NCBI GenBank assembly: GCA_035299545.1
Contig: DATGWJ010000024.1
Coordinates: forward strand, 18,150-82,149
DNA from: Minisyncoccota bacterium
GTDB lineage: Bacteria > Patescibacteriota > Minisyncoccia > Phycocordibacterales > UBA9973
Length of the DNA stretch: 64,000 nucleotides
Direction of reading: 5' to 3'
The notes below the pieces were generated by a model. The model worked only from the letters and a program-made list of their open reading frames with translations, was not told the DNA's origin and did no database searches. Below are positions 59,399-64,000 of this stretch, piece after piece; position 1 is the stretch's first letter, and each line of letters opens with the position of its first letter. A program made the translations under genes and the position numbers.

Positions 59399-60826
59399 AT
59401 GAAAACAGAACCAAAATTAACAGTTTCAGGATACAGGGGTGTCTGGCAAGTAAGTTTGACGGATAAGATTGTAGAAAATTACACTCTTGCTTTTATAAAG
59501 TTTGTAAAAGAAAACATAAATAATAATCCGACCATACTTATAGGTCGAGACGGGAGAGAAAGCGGACCAGTTATAAAAGAGACAATAATAAAAACTTTCA
59601 ACAATCTGGAAGTTACTTTTATAGACGGTGATATTCTTCCAACTCCAACAGTTTTATTTGCAGTAAAGAAACACGGATACGATGGAGCAATAATAATAAC
59701 AGCAAGTCATAACCCAAGAGAATATAATGGATTAAAATTTGTAACAAACAAGGCACTATTCACAAATGAAGAAGAGGTAGAAAAAATAAAAGAAAATTAT
59801 GAAGAAATCTTGCGAGAGAATGTTGTTTTGGGAGGGCTTGGGAGCGCGACGGCGCGAGCACGAGGAATTTTTCAGCAGAAAAATATCCGTGCCTCCCAAA
59901 ATAATATTCTTTCGCAAGATTTTAATCTTCCAATGGAACACGCTGACCAAATTCTAAAACATATCAACATAGAGAAAATTCGTTCTCGTAAATTTAAAGT
60001 TGCTGTAGATATGATAAACGCTTCGGCTTGTGTTGTTGACCCATATCTTTTCGAAAAACTTGGAGTAGAACTTGTGCCTTTAAATAATATCCCTGATGGA
60101 AAATTCACTCATACGCCTGAACCACTCCGAGAAAACTTGGGAGATATAGCAAAGCTTGTGAAAGAAGAAAATTGCGACCTTGGTTTTGCTCATGACCCAG
60201 ACGCAGATCGACTTGTAGTAATAAATGAAAAGGGTGAAGTTATTTCTGAGGAATATACACTTGCTTTCGGAGTAGAAGCAGTAATGTCTAGACCTGAAAA
60301 CAGAGGAGGAAAAGTCGTCATAAATATGAGTACATCTCAAATGAATAAAGATATAGCTCTGAAATACGGTGGTGAATGTATCCGTACAAAAGTCGGTGAG
60401 GCAAACGTAGTAGAAGGAATTAAAAATAATAATGCAGTTATTGGCGGAGAAGGTGGAGGCGGAGTTATATACCCTACTATTAACACTGCACGAGATAGCT
60501 TCGTAAGTCTAGCTTTAATTCTAGAATTACTAGCAGAAAGAGAAAAAACTGTAACCGAATGTATAGAACTTTTACCTAAATATGAAATGCATAAAAATAA
60601 AATACCAGTAATTGGAGAACTTAGAGAGATGTATACAAAAATGAAAAGTGGGCTTAAATATGAAAAAATAAACGAATTAGATGGCTTACGGTTAGACTTT
60701 GAAGATAGCTCTTGGATCCATTTACGCCCATCAAATACCGAACCTGTTGTCCGATTAATAGGAGAAGCAAGGACTAAGGAAGGTATAGACCAGCTTTTTA
60801 AGGATACAGAAAGGGTACTTGCCTAG
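59399..60826 (+). CDS. glmM: alpha-D-phosphohexomutase (phosphoglucosamine mutase / phosphomannomutase family)
   Basis: Active-site Ser loop ITASHNPREYNGLKF and a Mg loop FAHDPDADR. Confidence 0.8.
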   Translation: MKTEPKLTVSGYRGVWQVSLTDKIVENYTLAFIKFVKENINNNPTILIGRDGRESGPVIKETIIKTFNNLEVTFIDGDILPTPTVLFAVKKHGYDGAIIITASHNPREYNGLKFVTNKALFTNEEEVEKIKENYEEILRENVVLGGLGSATARARGIFQQKNIRASQNNILSQDFNLPMEHADQILKHINIEKIRSRKFKVAVDMINASACVVDPYLFEKLGVELVPLNNIPDGKFTHTPEPLRENLGDIAKLVKEENCDLGFAHDPDADRLVVINEKGEVISEEYTLAFGVEAVMSRPENRGGKVVINMSTSQMNKDIALKYGGECIRTKVGEANVVEGIKNNNAVIGGEGGGGVIYPTINTARDSFVSLALILELLAEREKTVTECIELLPKYEMHKNKIPVIGELREMYTKMKSGLKYEKINELDGLRLDFEDSSWIHLRPSNTEPVVRLIGEARTKEGIDQLFKDTERVLA

Positions 60827-60854
60827 AAAGCAATAATATGCTAAATTAACAGAT

Positions 60855-61442
60855 GTGGGACTGCCCTTAGGTAGTCAGAAGAATCTATTTATATCTATCG
60901 GGAATATAAAATTGAGAGAAAGAATAAACAATCAAATAAGAGCGCAAGAGGTTCGCGTAATCTCAAATGATGGAGTTAATCTTGGTATTTTAAGTATCAA
61001 GGAGGCTCTAAATATGGCAAGCGACCAAGGACTAGATTTGATTGAAATTTCCCCCAATACCAATCCTCCGATAGTAAAAATAGCAGAATACGGTAAGTAC
61101 AAATACGAGCAAAATAAGAAGTTAAAAAAGGCAAAAGCTGGAGCTAAAACAACAGAAACCAAATCAATTCAAATAAAGATTGGGACTGGAGACAATGACC
61201 TAGCTTTAAAAGCAAAAAGGGCTTCGGAGTGGCTTAAAGAAGGTCATCGCATAAAAATAGAATTATTCTTATCAGGACGTTCCAAATTTATGCCAGATTC
61301 ATTCTTAAAAGAACGTTTAGATCGTGTAATTCACCTTATTACTGAAAATTTTAAAATAGCAGAGGACTATAAAAAAGGTCCTAAAGGTCCAACCATTACA
61401 ATAGAAAAGGATAAAGGAGCAACAACTTCGGAATCCAAGTAA
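60855..61442 (+). CDS. infC: translation initiation factor IF-3. The true start is uncertain (GTG 60855, or the AUA/AUC-class codons at 60891-60906)
   Basis: RINNQIRAQEVRVISNDG...GLDLIEISPNTNPPIVKIAEYGKYKYE aligns to IF-3. No ATG lies in the 5' region, consistent with the non-canonical start known for infC. Confidence 0.8.
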   Translation: MGLPLGSQKNLFISIGNIKLRERINNQIRAQEVRVISNDGVNLGILSIKEALNMASDQGLDLIEISPNTNPPIVKIAEYGKYKYEQNKKLKKAKAGAKTTETKSIQIKIGTGDNDLALKAKRASEWLKEGHRIKIELFLSGRSKFMPDSFLKERLDRVIHLITENFKIAEDYKKGPKGPTITIEKDKGATTSESK

Positions 61443-61446
61443 ATAT

Positions 61447-61638
61447 ATGAGTATAAAAACAAATAAATCTTTAACAAAGCGTTTGAAAGTTACCCGAAAA
61501 GGTAAAGTTTTGGCTCGTGCTCCTGGATTTAACCATTTTAATGCTAAGCAATCACGAACAAAACAATTACAAGGCAAAAAGATGAACACAAAAGTATTTT
61601 CAAATAAAAATGTCAGAACTTATCTCCCTAACGCATAA
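61447..61638 (+). CDS. rpmI: 50S ribosomal protein L35
   Basis: 63 aa and basic, with KSLTKRLKVTRKGKV typical of L35. It sits in the infC-rpmI-rplT arrangement. Confidence 0.85.
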   Translation: MSIKTNKSLTKRLKVTRKGKVLARAPGFNHFNAKQSRTKQLQGKKMNTKVFSNKNVRTYLPNA

Positions 61639-61667
61639 ATAAAATTACAAACCAATAAAACAATATT

Positions 61668-62009
61668 ATGACAAGAGTAAAAAGAGGAACAATAAAAAAT
61701 AAGCGTCGAAAAAATCTACTTTCCCAAACAAAAGGATTCCGTTTTGGACGAAGTACAAAAAAGATACAAGCCAAAGAAGCACTTCTTCACGCAGGAAATT
61801 ATTCTTTCGCTCACCGTAAAGATAAGAAGGCAGATGCTCGCGCAGTTTGGGCCACAAATATTAATGCTGCAGTTCGACCACTTGGAATTTCATATAGTAA
61901 ATTCATTGATGGATTAAAGAAAAAGAATATTACTGTGGATAGAAAGATTCTTTCAGACATAGCAAAGAATAATCCTGAAACATTCGCAAGAATAGTAAAA
62001 AGTATATAA
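61668..62009 (+). CDS. rplT: 50S ribosomal protein L20
   Basis: MTRVKRGTIKNKRRKNLL...YSFAHRKDKK...AAVRP matches L20. Confidence 0.9.
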   Translation: MTRVKRGTIKNKRRKNLLSQTKGFRFGRSTKKIQAKEALLHAGNYSFAHRKDKKADARAVWATNINAAVRPLGISYSKFIDGLKKKNITVDRKILSDIAKNNPETFARIVKSI

Positions 62010-62017
62010 ATCAAAAA

Positions 62018-62046
62018 TAAAAAGCCTCCATCTGGAGGCTTTTTAT
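62018..62046. terminator. bidirectional terminator
   Basis: AAAAAGCCTCCATCTGGAGGCTTTTTATTT. Confidence 0.6.
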
Positions 62047-63417
62047 TTAGCATTCTATTATTACCGACTCTCCAGATGAAGGAGTGAGAGCATTTACTCC
62101 GAATGTATCCTTTAATTTCTGAGCCAAATGCATTGATGATTTTGGCTCCCCCATAGCCAGGAATACTTTTTTCAATGTACCCACAGTATTCCCGACAAAT
62201 TCTACTAAATGATCTGAATCTTTATGACCAGAATAACCATCAATTATAGCGATCTCGGCACGAACACGAACTTCTTCCCCTAAGATATGGACTTTCTTTG
62301 CCCCATCACTAATTAAACGCCCCATAGTTCCAAGTGTTTGATACCCTGTTAATAATATTGTATCGTCTTTATTTGGAAGATAATTCTTTTCATGATGAAT
62401 AATTCTACCACCATTAGACATTCCACTCCCTGCAATGACTATCTTAGGAGGTCGAACTGTAAGTATTGCTTTGGATTCCTCTGTTTCCATAGTCTTTATT
62501 AACCCTGGAAATTCAAAAAGTTTGTCTCCTGTCGCGATTATATCCCTAGCCCTTTGATTAAAATATTTATCATATTTCAAGTAAACATCCGTAAGGCGAA
62601 TTGAAAGAGGTGAGTCTAGGAATATAGGCATTTTCGGAATTACATTATTTTCCACTAAAGAATTTATTTCATAAAGTAATTCTTGTGTACGTTCAAGAGA
62701 GAAAGCTGGAATAACTAGTGTGCCATTATTTTTGTAATTCTTTTTTATAACTTCTTCCAACTTCTTCTTTCTTTCTTCTCTCTTTTCATGATTCCTATCA
62801 CCGTAACATGATTCCATCACCATATAATCTGCATCATTTATGACATCCGTATCTGGTAACAGAGGTGATGGAGAGTTACCTAAATCACCCGTGAAAACTA
62901 TTTTCTTTCCGTTATAAATTATTTCCAACATTCCAGACCCCAGAATATGCCCAGCATCTTTGAATGAAAATTGAAACCCATGGTCCACATTTAACTTTTG
63001 TCCATACTCTAATGTCTCCCATATATCCATCGCCTTCTTAATATTCTCGGCTGTATATATTTCTGATAAATTATGCTCAGTATCTCGAGATAATAAGTGA
63101 GCTGTATCTTCGAGAAGTATTTCTGTGAGTTCCTTTGTGGGAACAACAGAAACTATTTTGCCTTTAAACCCTTCACTTATAAGCTTTGGTATACGTCCAA
63201 TATGATCAACATGGCTATGAGTAACAAAAAGTATATCTATAGAGGAAACATCATATGGAAATTTATCCCAGTTTGAGTCGTCAGCCAATTTATCGCCCTG
63301 AATTAACCCGCAATCTATTAAAAATTTCTTCCCATTGCCTTCTAATAAAAAATTAGACCCTGTCACGGTCCCAGCTCCAGAACAAAACGTTATTTTTAGG
63401 TTTTTTTCATTTTCCAT
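62047..63417 (-). CDS. MBL-fold beta-CASP ribonuclease (RNase J / CPSF-like)
   Basis: THSHVDHIGRIP (HxHxDH), beta-CASP and a C-terminal RNA-metabolising MBL region. The start is chosen at MENEKNLKITF (63417). The longer ORF-track start would read through the inverted repeat. Confidence 0.7.
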   Translation of the reverse strand: MENEKNLKITFCSGAGTVTGSNFLLEGNGKKFLIDCGLIQGDKLADDSNWDKFPYDVSSIDILFVTHSHVDHIGRIPKLISEGFKGKIVSVVPTKELTEILLEDTAHLLSRDTEHNLSEIYTAENIKKAMDIWETLEYGQKLNVDHGFQFSFKDAGHILGSGMLEIIYNGKKIVFTGDLGNSPSPLLPDTDVINDADYMVMESCYGDRNHEKREERKKKLEEVIKKNYKNNGTLVIPAFSLERTQELLYEINSLVENNVIPKMPIFLDSPLSIRLTDVYLKYDKYFNQRARDIIATGDKLFEFPGLIKTMETEESKAILTVRPPKIVIAGSGMSNGGRIIHHEKNYLPNKDDTILLTGYQTLGTMGRLISDGAKKVHILGEEVRVRAEIAIIDGYSGHKDSDHLVEFVGNTVGTLKKVFLAMGEPKSSMHLAQKLKDTFGVNALTPSSGESVIIEC

Positions 63418-63449
63418 GTGCCCTTTATTATACATTATAAAGGGAGAAA

Positions 63450-63560
63450 GTGGAACAAAATAGTCTAAAATTGGGTCCGGATAATTTTCTGCTGAAAATT
63501 TCCTCATTGCTCGGGCCGTCGCCCTTGCGCACGCCCCAATTTTAGACTATTTTGTTCCAC
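63450..63560. repeat. 26-bp perfect inverted repeat with a 59-nt GC-rich spacer, about 15 bp upstream of the inferred 63417 start of the MBL RNase gene
   Basis: GTGGAACAAAATAGTCTAAAATTGGG ... CCCAATTTTAGACTATTTTGTTCCAC. Confidence 0.7.
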
Positions 63561-63865
63561 TTGCAAATAAAAAATCCTTCCCTTTTATGGAAGAATCTCT
63601 TATTAGGACTATCGAACAAAGTATTACTGTAGCACCATATATACGTGGGATTAAGAATGATAAAGATTTGTTCACATAAATTGTATACAGCACTTTATCA
63701 AAACTTTCTATCCCCTAAAAAATTGTTCTAAGTAACACATTTCAAATAATCCTATTTAAAGTATACTCTTCGGATATAACTCTGCAAGTAATTTTAATTA
63801 TAGAGCACACCTTTGACATACTTTCAAATCAAGTTTTTAATTCCTCTTGAAAAACAATTATAAAA

Positions 63866-63893
63866 AAAATCTCCCGAAGGAGATTTTTTTGAT
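63866..63893. terminator. terminator hairpin
   Basis: AAAATCTCCCGAAGGAGATTTTTTTG. Confidence 0.55.
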
Positions 63894-63895
63894 AA

Positions 63896-64000
63896 ATTAT
63901 TTCTTTTTTGCTTGTGTAAATTTCTCATGAACAGTTTCGTATGAGAAAATTTCGGATTCAGAGAACCAATGAGCTATTTCCTGCTCTGCATCTTTGGCAT
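63896..64000 (-). CDS. partial CDS (C-terminal end); the rest lies beyond the window
   Basis: The minus-strand frame is open to the window edge and ends ...EIAHWFSESEIFSYETVHEKFTQAKKK-TAA. Confidence 0.3.

Overview
AT-rich (~32% GC) 64-kb window, probably from a small-genome Candidate Phyla Radiation (Patescibacteria-like) bacterium; that placement is inference from gene content and composition. RF2 is present and TGA is used as a stop, so the genetic code is standard. The window holds about 60 CDS, mostly on the minus strand. Core housekeeping genes are pyrG, ftsEX, prfB, gatCA, ligA, recG, ftsH, smpB plus ssrA (tmRNA), glmM-like, infC-rpmI-rplT, a LOG-family hydrolase and an MBL/beta-CASP RNase. 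A complete 13-kb type IV pilus/competence locus spans 18.6-32.6 kb. In minus-strand transcription order it runs pilM-pilN-pilO-x-pilB-REC-pilT-pilC-3x pilin-pilD-3x minor pilin-PilX/LamG adhesin, with comFC divergent from it. There are nine tRNAs (Gln, Thr x2, Met/CAT x2, Asp, Ser x2, Ile-UAU). Accessory content worth attention falls into five groups. (1) Two tRNAs (Thr-GGT and an odd Ser with apparent ACU anticodon) are each followed by a homologous ~100-nt structured element that looks like a 5'-truncated tRNA copy with an ~80-nt insertion in its T-loop. (2) Two families of intergenic repeats sit exactly at start codons: a 43-bp shared leader and a 75-bp palindromic cassette. (3) Tandem paralogous beta-helix proteins without signal peptides have conserved termini and divergent cores. 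(4) Two giant modular secreted proteins share a peptidoglycan-binding and Cys-knot N-module but carry different C-terminal domains (BIG2/LamG versus a pectin-lyase-like beta-helix). (5) A membrane-anchored HEPN-like protein, a secreted DnaJ-zinc-finger protein, a PNAG-like EPS operon, a GC-rich putative ncRNA region and a 26-bp perfect inverted repeat 15 bp upstream of the inferred RNase start. No CRISPR array, reverse transcriptase, integrase or transposase ORF was seen.
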